In this document: piece by piece, positions 30,394-39,500 of the stretch | Position numbering within the stretch: position 1 is the first letter of the stretch | Layout of the letters: each line of letters starts with the position of its first letter | DNA from: Candidatus Eiseniibacteriota bacterium | GTDB lineage: Bacteria; Eisenbacteria; RBG-16-71-46 | Length of the DNA stretch: 40,149 bases | Direction: 5' to 3' | NCBI GenBank assembly: GCA_034678345.1 | Contig: JAXDBZ010000038.1 | Location: 1-40,149, forward strand | The notes under the pieces: generated by a model | Told to the model about the DNA's origin: nothing | The model's input: the letters and a program-made list of their open reading frames with translations, nothing else | Databases searched by the model: none | Position numbers and translations under genes: made by a program

Positions 30394-32049
30394 ATGAACA
30401 CGCTCGTCCCGCTGCTCGCCGCCAACCCGCTGCTGCTCCTCTTCTGCGTCATCGGCCTCGGCTACCTGGTGGGCAGCGCGCGCGTCTTCGGGTTCAGCCT
30501 CGGCGTGGCGGCGGTGCTGTTCGTCGGGCTGGCCTTCGGCGCGGTGAGCCCCACGCTGGCGCTGCCCGAGTACATCCACGTGCTCGGCCTCGTCCTCTTC
30601 GTCTACGCCGTGGGGCTGCAGTCGGGGCCGGGCTTCTTCTCCTCGTTCAACCGGCGCGGGCTGCGGCTCAACCTGGTGGCCGTGCTGTTGCTGGCGCTGG
30701 GCGCGGTGGTGGCGGTGGTGGTCGGGCGCCTGGCGCGGCTGCCGGGCGCCGAGATCGCGGGCGTCTTCTGCGGCGCGCTGACGAACACCCCGGCGCTGGC
30801 GACCACGGTGGAGACGCTCAAGGCGCTCACCGGCGGGCAGGCGGGCGCGGAGGCTGAGCTGGCCCGGCCGGTCGTGGCCTACGGTCTGGCCTACCCGTTC
30901 GGCGTGCTGGGCGTGATCCTCGCCTTCGCGCTGTTCACGCGCCTGTTCCGCGTGGACTTCGCCCGCGAGGAGTCCGAGCGGCGCAAGGCGGCCGGGGCCG
31001 ACGCCATCCTGTCCCGCACCTTCCGCGTCACCAACCCCGGCCTGTTCGGCCTCAGCGTGCACCAGGCGCTGGCCATGCTGGTGGAGCCCGGCTTCGCCCT
31101 CAGCCGCGTGCAGCGCGGCGAGACCTCCGAGGTGGCGCTGCCCGAGACGAGGCTCGGCGAGGGCGACCTGGTCGTGGCGGTGGGCAACGCCGCCGCCATG
31201 GAGAAGGCCAAGATGCTGTTCGGCGAGGCGCGCGTCGAGCACCTGCCGGCCCCGCAGGAGGCCGGCATCACCTACCGGCGCATCTTCGTCTCCAGCCACG
31301 AGGTGGTGGGCCGCACGGTGGAGCAGTCGGGGCTCGAGCGCTTCCACGCCACCATCACCCGCGTGCGCCGCGGCGACGCCGACTTCGTGCCCGACGCGGA
31401 CACGGTGCTCGAGCTGGGCGACCGCGTGCGGGTGGTGGCGCCGGCCGCCGAGTTGGACCGGGTCACGAAGTACCTGGGCGACTCGATCCGCGCCCTGTCC
31501 GAAACGGACTTCCTGTCGCTGTCGCTGGGCGTGGTGCTGGGCGTGCTGCTCGGCATGGTGTCGCTGCCGCTGCCCCACGGCATGACCTTCAAGCTGGGCT
31601 TCGCCGGCGGACCGCTCATCGTCGCGCTGATCGTCGGGCGGCTCGAACGCACCGGCCCCATCACCTGGGGGCTGCCGTTCGAGGCCAACCTGGTCATGCG
31701 CCAGCTCGGCCTGGTGCTGTTCTTCGCCGGCATCGGCACCCGCGCCGGGCAGGGGCTCGGCAGCACCTTCGCCTCGGGCGGCTGGCTCATCATCGCCACC
31801 GGCGCGGCGGTGACCGCGGCGGTCGCGGTGGGCGGCATCCTCGCCGGCTACCGCTTCCTCAAGCTCCCGATGTCGGCGGTGATGGGCGTGGTCTCGGGCA
31901 TGCAAACGCAGCCGGCCTGCCTCGCCTTCGCCACACAGCACAGCGGGAACGACATGCCGAACCAGTGGTACGCGAGCGTGTACCCCGCGTCCATGATCGC
32001 GAAGATCCTGCTGGCGCAGGTGCTGGTGGGGGTGCTGCTGAAGCTATAG
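30394..32049 (+). CDS. YidE/YbjL family (aspartate:alanine exchanger, AAE) putative transporter with two central RCK_C/TrkA-C domains
   Basis: 551 aa. The N-terminus resembles E. coli YidE: LGVAAVLFVGLAFG, LGLVLFVYAVGLQSGPGFFSS, GLRLNL, FCGALTNTPALA. Two soluble segments lie between the two membrane halves (e.g. GDLVVAVG, GDRVRVVA). Confidence 0.8.
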   Translation: MNTLVPLLAANPLLLLFCVIGLGYLVGSARVFGFSLGVAAVLFVGLAFGAVSPTLALPEYIHVLGLVLFVYAVGLQSGPGFFSSFNRRGLRLNLVAVLLLALGAVVAVVVGRLARLPGAEIAGVFCGALTNTPALATTVETLKALTGGQAGAEAELARPVVAYGLAYPFGVLGVILAFALFTRLFRVDFAREESERRKAAGADAILSRTFRVTNPGLFGLSVHQALAMLVEPGFALSRVQRGETSEVALPETRLGEGDLVVAVGNAAAMEKAKMLFGEARVEHLPAPQEAGITYRRIFVSSHEVVGRTVEQSGLERFHATITRVRRGDADFVPDADTVLELGDRVRVVAPAAELDRVTKYLGDSIRALSETDFLSLSLGVVLGVLLGMVSLPLPHGMTFKLGFAGGPLIVALIVGRLERTGPITWGLPFEANLVMRQLGLVLFFAGIGTRAGQGLGSTFASGGWLIIATGAAVTAAVAVGGILAGYRFLKLPMSAVMGVVSGMQTQPACLAFATQHSGNDMPNQWYASVYPASMIAKILLAQVLVGVLLKL

Positions 32050-32164
32050 GCCGGGCGGGGCGCGGGGCGCTGATGGCGTCGGGCGGGACCGCCCGCTATG
32101 CTGCCGCACGACCGGCGGCCGCTCCCGCGGCCGCGCCGGGCGTATGAGGCCCCCGGGGGAGCCC

Positions 32165-33457
32165 ATGGAAGTCGCCATCCTCCTCGTGCTGCTGGTCCTG
32201 ATCGTGCTCAACGGCCTCCTCGCCATGACCGAGGTGGCGATCGTGGCCGCGCGCCAGGCCCGGCTGCGGCGGATGACCGAGGACGGCGACCCGCTCGCCG
32301 GCGGCGCCCTCCACGTGGCGGCCCACCCGACCCGGTCCCTGTCCACGATCCAGGTCGGCATCACCTCCATCGGCATCCTGAGCGGCATCGTGGGCGAGGC
32401 GGCCTTCGCCCGGCCGCTGGCCGAGTGGATCACGGGTTTCGGGTTGCCCGCCGGGCCGACCTACGTGCTGGCCACGGCGGTCGTGGTCGTCATCGTCACC
32501 TACCTCGCGATTGTCTTCGGCGAGCTCGTGCCCAAGCGCATCGGCCAGGACCACCCCGAAGCGACGCTGCGGCTCACCGCCGGCCCGCTGCTCGCCCTCG
32601 GTGCGGCGAGCGCGCCCTTCGTGCGCCTGCTGTCGTCCTCCACCGAGCTCCTGCTCCGGGCCCTCGGCGCCCAGCGCCCGCCGGCCCCCGTGGTGACGGA
32701 GGAGGAGATCGACCTGGTGCTGGACGAAGGCTCCCGGGCCGGCGTGATCGACGACGAGGAGCGACGGATGGTGCAGAACGTCTTCCGGCTCGACGACCGT
32801 CCGGTCACGGCTCTGATGTTGCCCCGCAGCGACATCGTCGCGCTCGACGTGGAGAGGCCGTTCGAGGAGAACCTCGGCCGCATCGCGGCTTCGGACTACG
32901 CGCGCTACCCGGTCTGCCGGGGCGGGCTCGACCGGGTGATCGGCGTGGTGAGCACGCGGCGGCTCCTGCTGCGCCTCCGCGAGGAGGGACGGCCCGACCT
33001 CGAGCGGGTCATGGAACCGCCGGTCTTCGTGCCCGAGACCGTCGGCGGCATGGACCTGCTCGAGCAGTTCCGTGCCTCGGGCGTGGCGATGGTCTTCGTG
33101 GTGGACGAGTACGGAGCGGTGCAGGGACTGGTGACGGCGCACGACCTCATGGAGGCGATCGCCGGGGAGTTCCGCGCCGCCCGGCCGGAGGAGGCGTGGG
33201 CCGTGCAGCGCCCGGATGGTTCCTGGCTGCTCGACGGGGCCCTGCCGGTGGACGACGTGAAGGAGCGCCTCGGACTCAGGACCCGTCCGGACGGGGACCG
33301 GCTCCGCTTCCGGACCCTGGGCGGGATGATGCTGCACCTGCTGGGGCGCATCCCGCACGCCGGCGAGGCGGCGGAGTGGGAAGGCTGGCGGCTCGAGGTC
33401 GTGGACATGGACGGCCACCGCATCGACAAGGTGCTGGCCTCGCGCCTGCCGGGTTGA
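32165..33457 (+). CDS. Hemolysin/CorB/TlyC family protein (CNNM DUF21 membrane domain + CBS pair + CorC_HlyC domain)
   Basis: I prefer the ATG at 32165 (MEVAILLVLLVLIVLNGLLAMTEVAIV, a typical DUF21 start with GGGGGAG upstream); the track start is 32144. Also GELVPKRIG, E...MVQNVFRLDDRPV, YPVC, VVDEYGAVQGLVTAHDLMEAI, and a C-terminal GWRLEVVDMDGHRIDKV. Confidence 0.8.
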   Translation: MEVAILLVLLVLIVLNGLLAMTEVAIVAARQARLRRMTEDGDPLAGGALHVAAHPTRSLSTIQVGITSIGILSGIVGEAAFARPLAEWITGFGLPAGPTYVLATAVVVVIVTYLAIVFGELVPKRIGQDHPEATLRLTAGPLLALGAASAPFVRLLSSSTELLLRALGAQRPPAPVVTEEEIDLVLDEGSRAGVIDDEERRMVQNVFRLDDRPVTALMLPRSDIVALDVERPFEENLGRIAASDYARYPVCRGGLDRVIGVVSTRRLLLRLREEGRPDLERVMEPPVFVPETVGGMDLLEQFRASGVAMVFVVDEYGAVQGLVTAHDLMEAIAGEFRAARPEEAWAVQRPDGSWLLDGALPVDDVKERLGLRTRPDGDRLRFRTLGGMMLHLLGRIPHAGEAAEWEGWRLEVVDMDGHRIDKVLASRLPG

Positions 33458-33487
33458 GGACGGCTTCGGGCTCGGCTCCGTCTGCCC

Positions 33488-34264
33488 CTACAGCCCCATG
33501 ACGTGGTAGCCGGCGTCCACGTAGAGCGTCTCGCCGGTGATGCCGCTCGCCAGGTCGGAGAGCAGGAACAGCCCGGCCCCGCCGATCTCCTCGCGCGTCA
33601 CGTTGCGGCGCAGCGGCGCCTTCTCGGCGTGGTGGCGCAGCATGCCGGTGAAGCCGTGGATGCCGCGGGCGGCCAGCGTGCTCACCGGCCCGGCCGAGAT
33701 GGCGTTGACGCGGATGCCCTTGCCGCCCAGCTCCCAGGCGAGCTGGCGCACGCTCTGCTCGAGCACGGCCTTGGCGCTGCCCATGACGTTGTAGTTGGGC
33801 ACCGCCCGCTCGGCGGCGAGGTAGGAGAGGGTCACGATGCCGGCCCCGTGGCGTTCGAGCAGGGGCAGCAGGTGGTTCGTGACGTTGAGCAGCGAGTAGG
33901 CGCTGACGTCGAGCGCCGCCTGGAAGCCCTCGCGCGACGTGGCCACGAACTTGCCCTCGAGGTCCTCGCGCCGCGCCCAGGCGATGCCGTGCACCAGGCA
34001 CTCGACCGAGCCCCACTCGCGGGTCAGCCGCCGCGCCACCGCGGCGATGGTGCGGTCCTGCGTCACGTCGCAGTCGAGCGTGAGCGTCCCGGGCAGGCGC
34101 GCGGCCAGCTCCTCCACGTCGCGGCGCAGGCGCTCGCCGGCGTAGGTCAGGCACAGGGCGGCGCCGGCGCGGTGGAGCTGCTGGGCGATGGCCCAGGACA
34201 GGCTGCGGTGGTTGGCGACGCCCATGACCAGGGCGTGCCGGCCACGGAGATCGATGGTGACCAT
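33488..34264 (-). CDS. fabI: Enoyl-[acyl-carrier-protein] reductase (NADH), FabI
   Basis: 258 aa. Matching segments: ALVMGVANHRSLSWAIA, LVHGIAWA, YNVMGSAKAVLE, GIRVNAISAGPVSTLAA, GETLYVDAGYHVMG. GGAGGA precedes the start. Confidence 0.9.
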   Translation of the reverse strand: MVTIDLRGRHALVMGVANHRSLSWAIAQQLHRAGAALCLTYAGERLRRDVEELAARLPGTLTLDCDVTQDRTIAAVARRLTREWGSVECLVHGIAWARREDLEGKFVATSREGFQAALDVSAYSLLNVTNHLLPLLERHGAGIVTLSYLAAERAVPNYNVMGSAKAVLEQSVRQLAWELGGKGIRVNAISAGPVSTLAARGIHGFTGMLRHHAEKAPLRRNVTREEIGGAGLFLLSDLASGITGETLYVDAGYHVMGL

Positions 34265-34289
34265 GGGTCCTCCGGGTGGGCGGACGGGT

Positions 34290-36281
34290 TCAGGCGGCCG
34301 TCGGGGTGTCCCAGACGCGGATCGGCAGGATGACGACCTGGATGCCGCGGAACTGCAGCCGGCGCTGCACGGCGAACGCGGTCTCGTGGTGCAGGGAGCG
34401 CGTGAACAGGTTCTCCTTCTGGAACACGAGCTGTCCGGCGTACACCACGCAGCGCCGGAACTCCTTGGTCAGATCGAGGCTGATGTCCTCCAGCTCGGTG
34501 ATGAGGTCGGTGCCGATGGTGTGACGGTACTCGGCGTACGCGCCCATGCGCTGCGCCAGCGCCACGTACTTCTCCAGGTCGCCGCGCACCTTCCGCTCGA
34601 GCGCCGCCACGTCCGCCGCCCCCTTGAACTGGCCCGAGTCCACCAGGCCGACCCCGCAGAAGACGAAGTTCCTGTAGTGGCGCGGGAACATCCGGTTGAT
34701 GGAGAGCAGGGTGTGGATGCCGAGACCGTTGTAGGACTCGACCAGCACGATGGCGGTGGGGCCCTCGGCGGCCAGCTCGGCGGGCTCGCCGTGGTCGGAC
34801 AGCGGCAGGTTCACCAGCACGTCGTCGAGCGAGCGCAGCAGGCGGCGCACGCGCCGGTAGTGGGCGTGGATGGTGAAGGTCAGGGCGACAAGCAGGGCGA
34901 CGACCAGCAGCGACAGCCACACCCCGTCCACGAGCTTCAAGGCCACGGTCACCACCAGCATGCCGCCGGTCACCAGCGTCCCCACGGTGGCGACGATCAT
35001 GCGGCGCCGCCAGTGCTCCTGCTCGCGGCGCGTGTGCCACCAGTGCAGCGCCATGCCCGCCTGCGTGAGCGTGAAGGCGATGAACACCGTGGTCGCGTAC
35101 ATGACCACCAGGGTCGAGACCGCGCCGCCCGTCTGCAGCACGACCAGGGCGGCGGCGACCCCCATGGTGAGGACGCCGTTCTGCGTGACCAGCCGCTCGG
35201 AGAGATGGGCCATCCGCTTCGGCACCCACTCGTCCGTGCCCATGGCCGCGAGGGTGCGGGGCCCGGCGATGAAGCCGGTCTGCGCCGCGACGAACAGCAG
35301 CGCGCCCTCGGAGAGCAGGGTGAAGCCCACGATCGCGGGCCCGGCCGCCCAGCCGCCGATGCGCCAGCCGCCGGTCATCTGCTCCCAGAGCACGGCGTTC
35401 AGGGTCCGGCCCGCCACCGGCCCGACGTCGCTCAGCATGTAGCAGAGCAGGATGCCGCCGGCGGTGAACGAGAGCGAGACGGCCATGTAGAGCATGGTGC
35501 GCTTGCCGGTCTGCACGCGGGGCTCGCGCAGGATGTCGGTGCTGTTGCTGACCGCCTCGATGCCGGTGTAGGTGCCGCCGCCCAGCGAGTACGCGCGCAG
35601 GAAGATCACCAGCATGCCGGCGAGGCCCAGCTCGGCGATCCCGCTGTGCGTGTCGGCCACGGCCCGGTTCATCATGGGCAGCAGGGCGTCGCCGTGGGAG
35701 AGGATGCCATAGAGGATGAGGACGATGTGGCTCACCATGAAGGCGAGGAAGATGGGCACCAGCACGGCGATGGATTCGCGCACGCCGCGGATGTTGAGCG
35801 CGGTGAGGATGGCGATGACGACCAGCGCCGCCGGCAGGCGGAAGGCGTCCAGCCCCTGGGGCAGGAACGAGAAGATCGCGGCGCAGCCCGACGCCACCGA
35901 GATGGCGATGGTCAGCACGTAGTCCAGGACCAGGGCGCAGCCGGCGATCACGCCCCAGGCCGGGCCCAGCAGCTTGGTGGCGACGAGGTAGCCGCCGCCC
36001 CCGGTCGGGAACATCTCGACGATCTGGCTGTACGAGCTGGCGATGATGAAGACGGTGGCGATGGTGGCGACGACCAGGTACAGCGCCAGCTCGCGGTGGG
36101 CCTCCAGCTGGAGGTAGGCCTCCTCGGGGCCGTACGACGAGGAGGAGAGGCCGTCGGAGCCCAGCCCGATCCAGGCCATCATCGCCACCAGGGCCATGGT
36201 GCGGTGGATGTGCGGGTCGAGGACGTTCCTGGGACCGCCGAGCAGGAGCTCCTTCAGTCGGGCGAGCACGGCTGCAGACAA
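34290..36281 (-). CDS. APC-superfamily permease with a ~200-aa cytosolic C-terminal domain (KimA-like), copy 1
   Basis: 663 aa (TTG start in the track; a GTG four codons in is also possible). Segments resembling my recollection of B. subtilis KimA: [69 protein letters not shown]. There are about 12 hydrophobic segments followed by a soluble domain. Confidence 0.75.
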   Translation of the reverse strand: MSAAVLARLKELLLGGPRNVLDPHIHRTMALVAMMAWIGLGSDGLSSSSYGPEEAYLQLEAHRELALYLVVATIATVFIIASSYSQIVEMFPTGGGGYLVATKLLGPAWGVIAGCALVLDYVLTIAISVASGCAAIFSFLPQGLDAFRLPAALVVIAILTALNIRGVRESIAVLVPIFLAFMVSHIVLILYGILSHGDALLPMMNRAVADTHSGIAELGLAGMLVIFLRAYSLGGGTYTGIEAVSNSTDILREPRVQTGKRTMLYMAVSLSFTAGGILLCYMLSDVGPVAGRTLNAVLWEQMTGGWRIGGWAAGPAIVGFTLLSEGALLFVAAQTGFIAGPRTLAAMGTDEWVPKRMAHLSERLVTQNGVLTMGVAAALVVLQTGGAVSTLVVMYATTVFIAFTLTQAGMALHWWHTRREQEHWRRRMIVATVGTLVTGGMLVVTVALKLVDGVWLSLLVVALLVALTFTIHAHYRRVRRLLRSLDDVLVNLPLSDHGEPAELAAEGPTAIVLVESYNGLGIHTLLSINRMFPRHYRNFVFCGVGLVDSGQFKGAADVAALERKVRGDLEKYVALAQRMGAYAEYRHTIGTDLITELEDISLDLTKEFRRCVVYAGQLVFQKENLFTRSLHHETAFAVQRRLQFRGIQVVILPIRVWDTPTAA

Positions 36282-36326
36282 TAGGAACTCGGCCGGGGCG
36301 AGGCAAGGGCCGCGGCGCGGACCGGC

Positions 36327-38306
36327 TCAGGCGGCCCGGACGTGGTCCCAGACGCGGATGGGCAGGATGACGACCTGGATGCCGTTGAACTGCAGCCGGC
36401 GCTGGATCGAGAAGGCGGTCTCGTGGTGCAGGGAGCGCGTGAACAGGTTCTCCTTCTCGAACACGAGCTGCCCGGCGAACACCGTGCAGCGCCGGAACTC
36501 CTTGGTCAGATCGAGGCTGATGGTCTCCAGCTCGGTGATGAGGTCGGTGCCGAGGGTGTAGCGGTACTCGGCGTACACGCCCAGGCGCTGCGCCAGCGCC
36601 ACGTACTTCTCCAGGTCGCCGCGCACCTTCGCCTCCAGCGCCTGCACGTCGCGGGCCCCCTTGAACTGGCCCGAGTCCACCAGCCCCACGCTGCAGAAGA
36701 CGTAGTTCCTGTAGTAGCGCGTGAACATGCGGAAGGCCGAGAGCAGGGTGTGGATGCCGAGGCCGTTGTAGGACTCGACCAGCACGATGGCGGTGGGGCC
36801 CTCGGGGGTCAGCTCGGCGGGCTCGCCGTGGTCGGACAGCGGCAGGTTGTCGAGCGCGTCGTCGAGCGATCGCAGCATGCGGCGTACGCGCCGGTAGTGG
36901 GTGCGCACCAGGAAGCAGAAGCCGATGAGTGCCCCGGTGGCGAGCAGGGTCACCCAGCCACCCTCGCGGAACTTGACCACCGCCGTCACCGCCAGCACCG
37001 TCGCCGTCACCAGCGCGCCGATGCCGGAGACGATCATGCGCCGCCGCCAGTGTCCACCCTCGGCGCGCACCTGCCACCAGTGGCGGATCATGCCGAGCTG
37101 GCTGAGGGTGAAGGTCATGAACACGTTGATCGAGTACATGACCACCAGCACCTGCACCCGGCCCAGGGTGTAGGCGAGCACCAGCGCGGCGGCCAGCCCC
37201 ATGGCGATGACGCCGTTCTGGGTGACCAGCCGCTCCGAGAGGTGCGCCATGCGCTTCGGCACCCACTCGTCCACCGCCATCGCCGCCAGCGTGCGCGGTC
37301 CGGCGGTGAAGCCGGCCTGCACGGCCACGAACAGCAGCGCGCCCTCGGTGAACAGGGTGAAGGCGACCAGCGCCTGGCCCAGCGGGAGGCCGCCGGCCGT
37401 CCAGCCGCCCGCCAGCTGCTGCCAGAGCGTGGCGTTCAGCGTGCGGCCGGTCTCGGGCCGCGTGCCGTTCAGGAGATAACAGAGCAGGATGCCGCCGGCC
37501 ATGAAGGAGAGCGAGACGGCCATGTAGAGCATGGTGCGCTTGCCGGTCTGCACGCGGGGCTCGCGCAGGATGTCGGTGCTGTTGCTGACCGCCTCGATGC
37601 CGGTGTAGGTGCCGCCGCCCAGCGAGAAGGCGCGCAGGAAGACCGCCGCGACCCCCAGGAGGCCCAGCTCGGCCACGGCCTGGTGGGTGTCGAGCGCGGT
37701 GTCCGCCATGAGCGAGGGCAGCTCGCCGCCGTGGCGCAGCACGCCGAAGACGATGAGCGGCACGTGCGTCACCATGAAGCCGAAGAAGATGGGGGCGAGG
37801 ACGAGGATGGACTCCTTGACGCCGCGCAGGTTGAGGCCGGTCAGCAGGGCGACGACGAGGATCTCGACGGGGAGCTTGAAGGGCTGCCAGGCGGGCGGCA
37901 GGAACGAGAAGATGGCCTCGACCCCGGCGGCGGTGGAGATGGCGATGGTGAGCACGTAGTCCACCACCAGCGCGCTGCCGGAGACGATGCCGGCGGTGGG
38001 CCCGAGCAGCTTGGTGCCCACGAGGTAGCCGCCGCCGCCGGTGGGGAAGAGCTCGATGATCTGGGCGTAGGAGGCCGAGATGAGGAAGACGGTGGCGATG
38101 GTGGCCACCATCAGGTAGAGGGCGAGGTGGTAGTGTCCGCCGAGGTTGAGGAACGCCTCCTCCGGGCCGTAGGAGGAGGACGAGATGCCGTCGGCCCCGA
38201 GTCCGATCCAGGCCAGCATCGCCACGAGGGCGAGGGTGTGGTGGACGCGAGGGTCGAGTACATTTCTGGGGCCCCCCAGGAGGAGCCCCTTTAGTCGGTC
38301 AGGCAC
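36327..38306 (-). CDS. APC-superfamily permease with a cytosolic C-terminal domain (KimA-like), copy 2
   Basis: 659 aa (GTG start). It is collinear with copy 1 at a constant 2037-nt offset in the 3' two-thirds. Roughly 70 percent of residues are identical by eye, higher in the C-terminal domain. Confidence 0.75.
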   Translation of the reverse strand: MPDRLKGLLLGGPRNVLDPRVHHTLALVAMLAWIGLGADGISSSSYGPEEAFLNLGGHYHLALYLMVATIATVFLISASYAQIIELFPTGGGGYLVGTKLLGPTAGIVSGSALVVDYVLTIAISTAAGVEAIFSFLPPAWQPFKLPVEILVVALLTGLNLRGVKESILVLAPIFFGFMVTHVPLIVFGVLRHGGELPSLMADTALDTHQAVAELGLLGVAAVFLRAFSLGGGTYTGIEAVSNSTDILREPRVQTGKRTMLYMAVSLSFMAGGILLCYLLNGTRPETGRTLNATLWQQLAGGWTAGGLPLGQALVAFTLFTEGALLFVAVQAGFTAGPRTLAAMAVDEWVPKRMAHLSERLVTQNGVIAMGLAAALVLAYTLGRVQVLVVMYSINVFMTFTLSQLGMIRHWWQVRAEGGHWRRRMIVSGIGALVTATVLAVTAVVKFREGGWVTLLATGALIGFCFLVRTHYRRVRRMLRSLDDALDNLPLSDHGEPAELTPEGPTAIVLVESYNGLGIHTLLSAFRMFTRYYRNYVFCSVGLVDSGQFKGARDVQALEAKVRGDLEKYVALAQRLGVYAEYRYTLGTDLITELETISLDLTKEFRRCTVFAGQLVFEKENLFTRSLHHETAFSIQRRLQFNGIQVVILPIRVWDHVRAA

Positions 38307-38352
38307 GGCCGGAGACAGTAAGGGCTCGGCGGGGACGAATCAAGAGGGCGGT

Positions 38353-38378
38353 GCGCGTTGCGAATTCGCAGCGCGTTG
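38353..38378. promoter_or_regulatory. AT-rich palindrome flanked by 8-nt direct repeats in the divergent permease/udg intergenic region (candidate operator)
   Basis: GCGCGTTG cgaattcgca GCGCGTTG. The core TGCGAATTCGCA (38359-38370) is a perfect 12-bp palindrome. Confidence 0.3.
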
Positions 38379-38430
38379 TCTGGCAATACATTACGGCTCG
38401 TCTGGCAGCCCGATGGACAGGGGGAGGACG

Positions 38431-39138
38431 ATGGCGATCCAGCGCTCACAGGCCGGTCCGGCGCGCTCCCTCGCCCGCCTCGGCCGCGCCGTCGTCGTCT
38501 GCGAAGCCTGCCCGCGGCTGCGGGCTCACTGCCTCGAGGTGGCCCTCGTGCGCAGGCGGCGGTTCGCCGATCAGACCTACTGGGGCCGTCCGGTCCCCGG
38601 CTGGGGCGACCCCCGCGCGCGCCTGCTGATCGTGGGGCTGGCCCCCGCGGCGCACGGGGCCAACCGGACCGGACGCATGTTCACCGGCGACTCGAGCGGC
38701 GACTGGCTGCACGAGGCGCTCCACCGCTTCGGCTTCGCCAGCCGGCCGGAGTCGGTGGGCCGCGACGACGGCCTGCGCCTGAGCGACGTGTGGGTCACCG
38801 CCGCGGCGCGCTGCGCCCCGCCGGCGAACCGGCCCACGCCGGCGGAGCTGGCGCGCTGCCGCCCGTTCCTCGCGGCCGAGCTGCGACTGCTGTCGCGCGT
38901 GCGGGTCGTGCTGGCGCTGGGCGGCGTGGCGCACGAGGCCTTCCTGCGCGCGGCGGGGTGGTGGGACGCACGGCCGGGGCGGCCGCGCTTCGCCCACGGC
39001 GCCGAGTGCCCCTTGCCGGACGGTCGCGTGCTGGTCGCCTCGTACCATCCCAGCCGCCAGAACACGAACACCGGGCGGCTCACGCGCCCGATGTGGCACG
39101 CCGTCTTCCGCCTCGCCCGCCGCCGGCTCGACGGCTGA
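38431..39138 (+). CDS. udgB: Uracil-DNA glycosylase superfamily, family 5 (UdgB)-like, Fe-S type
   Basis: 235 aa from the ATG at 38431 (GGAGGA upstream). Cys cluster CEACPRL...HC...C. Motif [20 protein letters not shown] (GLAPA is the family-5 signature, versus GEAPG in family 4). Motif B SYHPSRQN. Confidence 0.8.
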   Translation: MAIQRSQAGPARSLARLGRAVVVCEACPRLRAHCLEVALVRRRRFADQTYWGRPVPGWGDPRARLLIVGLAPAAHGANRTGRMFTGDSSGDWLHEALHRFGFASRPESVGRDDGLRLSDVWVTAAARCAPPANRPTPAELARCRPFLAAELRLLSRVRVVLALGGVAHEAFLRAAGWWDARPGRPRFAHGAECPLPDGRVLVASYHPSRQNTNTGRLTRPMWHAVFRLARRRLDG

Positions 39139-39163
39139 GTACCGCCCGCGCCGCGCTTCGGTC

Positions 39164-39193
39164 TTGACGGCGCCCGGGCGCGGGTGCAATGTG
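39164..39193 (+). promoter_or_regulatory. Candidate promoter of the riboswitch-controlled receptor gene
   Basis: TTGACG (39164-39169) followed 17-18 nt later by TGcAATGTG. The predicted start near 39200 coincides with the 5' end of the riboswitch. Confidence 0.3.
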
Positions 39194-39199
39194 CCCGCG

Positions 39200-39390
39200 C
39201 AGTCTTCCGGGTGCCGCAACGCGCGGCGAAGGCGCGGACGGACGTCGTCCGCGCTGAAGGGAAGGGGGTGAGAATCCCCCACGGTCCCGCCACTGTGATG
39301 GGCGACCCGGGTCTCACGAGCCACTGGTCCGAGCCGGACTGGGAAGGCGAGACCCACAGGCCCTGAGTCAGGAAACCTGCCCGGGAGAGA
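39200..39390 (+). promoter_or_regulatory. Cobalamin (B12) riboswitch
   Basis: Conserved core strings in the canonical order: CCGGGTGCC, GAAGGGAAGGGGGTGAGAATCCCCCACGGTCCCGCCACTGTG, AGCCACTGG, TGGGAAGGC. The B12 box AGTCAGGAAACCTGCC is at 39366-39381. Confidence 0.85.
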
Positions 39391-39440
39391 CGCCCCGTGA
39401 TGCTTCGTCGGAAGGCATCCGCGGGTGGCGGCGCCCGCGC

Positions 39441-39483
39441 GGCCCCGCTCCCCGGATCCTCCCCGGAGCGGGGCCCTTCGATT
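39441..39483 (+). terminator. Hairpin between the riboswitch and the start codon (candidate expression-platform terminator)
   Basis: GGCCCCGCTCC (39441-39451) pairs with GGAGCGGGGCC (39465-39475), followed by CTTCGATT. Confidence 0.4.
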
Positions 39484-39500
39484 GAGGCGCGGTTGACGCC

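Larger units (their letters stand above)
34290..38306 (-). repeat. Tandem gene duplication of the permease (two ~2.0-kb units), including a 120-nt perfectly identical tract
   Basis: 35470-35589 is identical to 37507-37626. The 3' ~300 nt of both genes (34290-34600 vs 36327-36637) differ at only scattered positions. Confidence 0.85.

Noticed and set aside
34147-37266. 1039-aa minus-strand ORF; also 34188..36284 (+) and 36342..38294 (+)
   Set aside because: These are off-frame or antisense to the two APC permease genes, whose own frames give 12-TM-like hydrophobic profiles and conserved motifs. Their translations are Arg/Gly/Pro-rich.
36282-38430. A c-di-AMP (ydaO/kimA-type) riboswitch upstream of the KimA-like permeases
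   Set aside because: The leaders are too short to hold that element (45 nt between the two copies and about 124 nt upstream of copy 2). I could not recognise its conserved pseudo-symmetric motifs.
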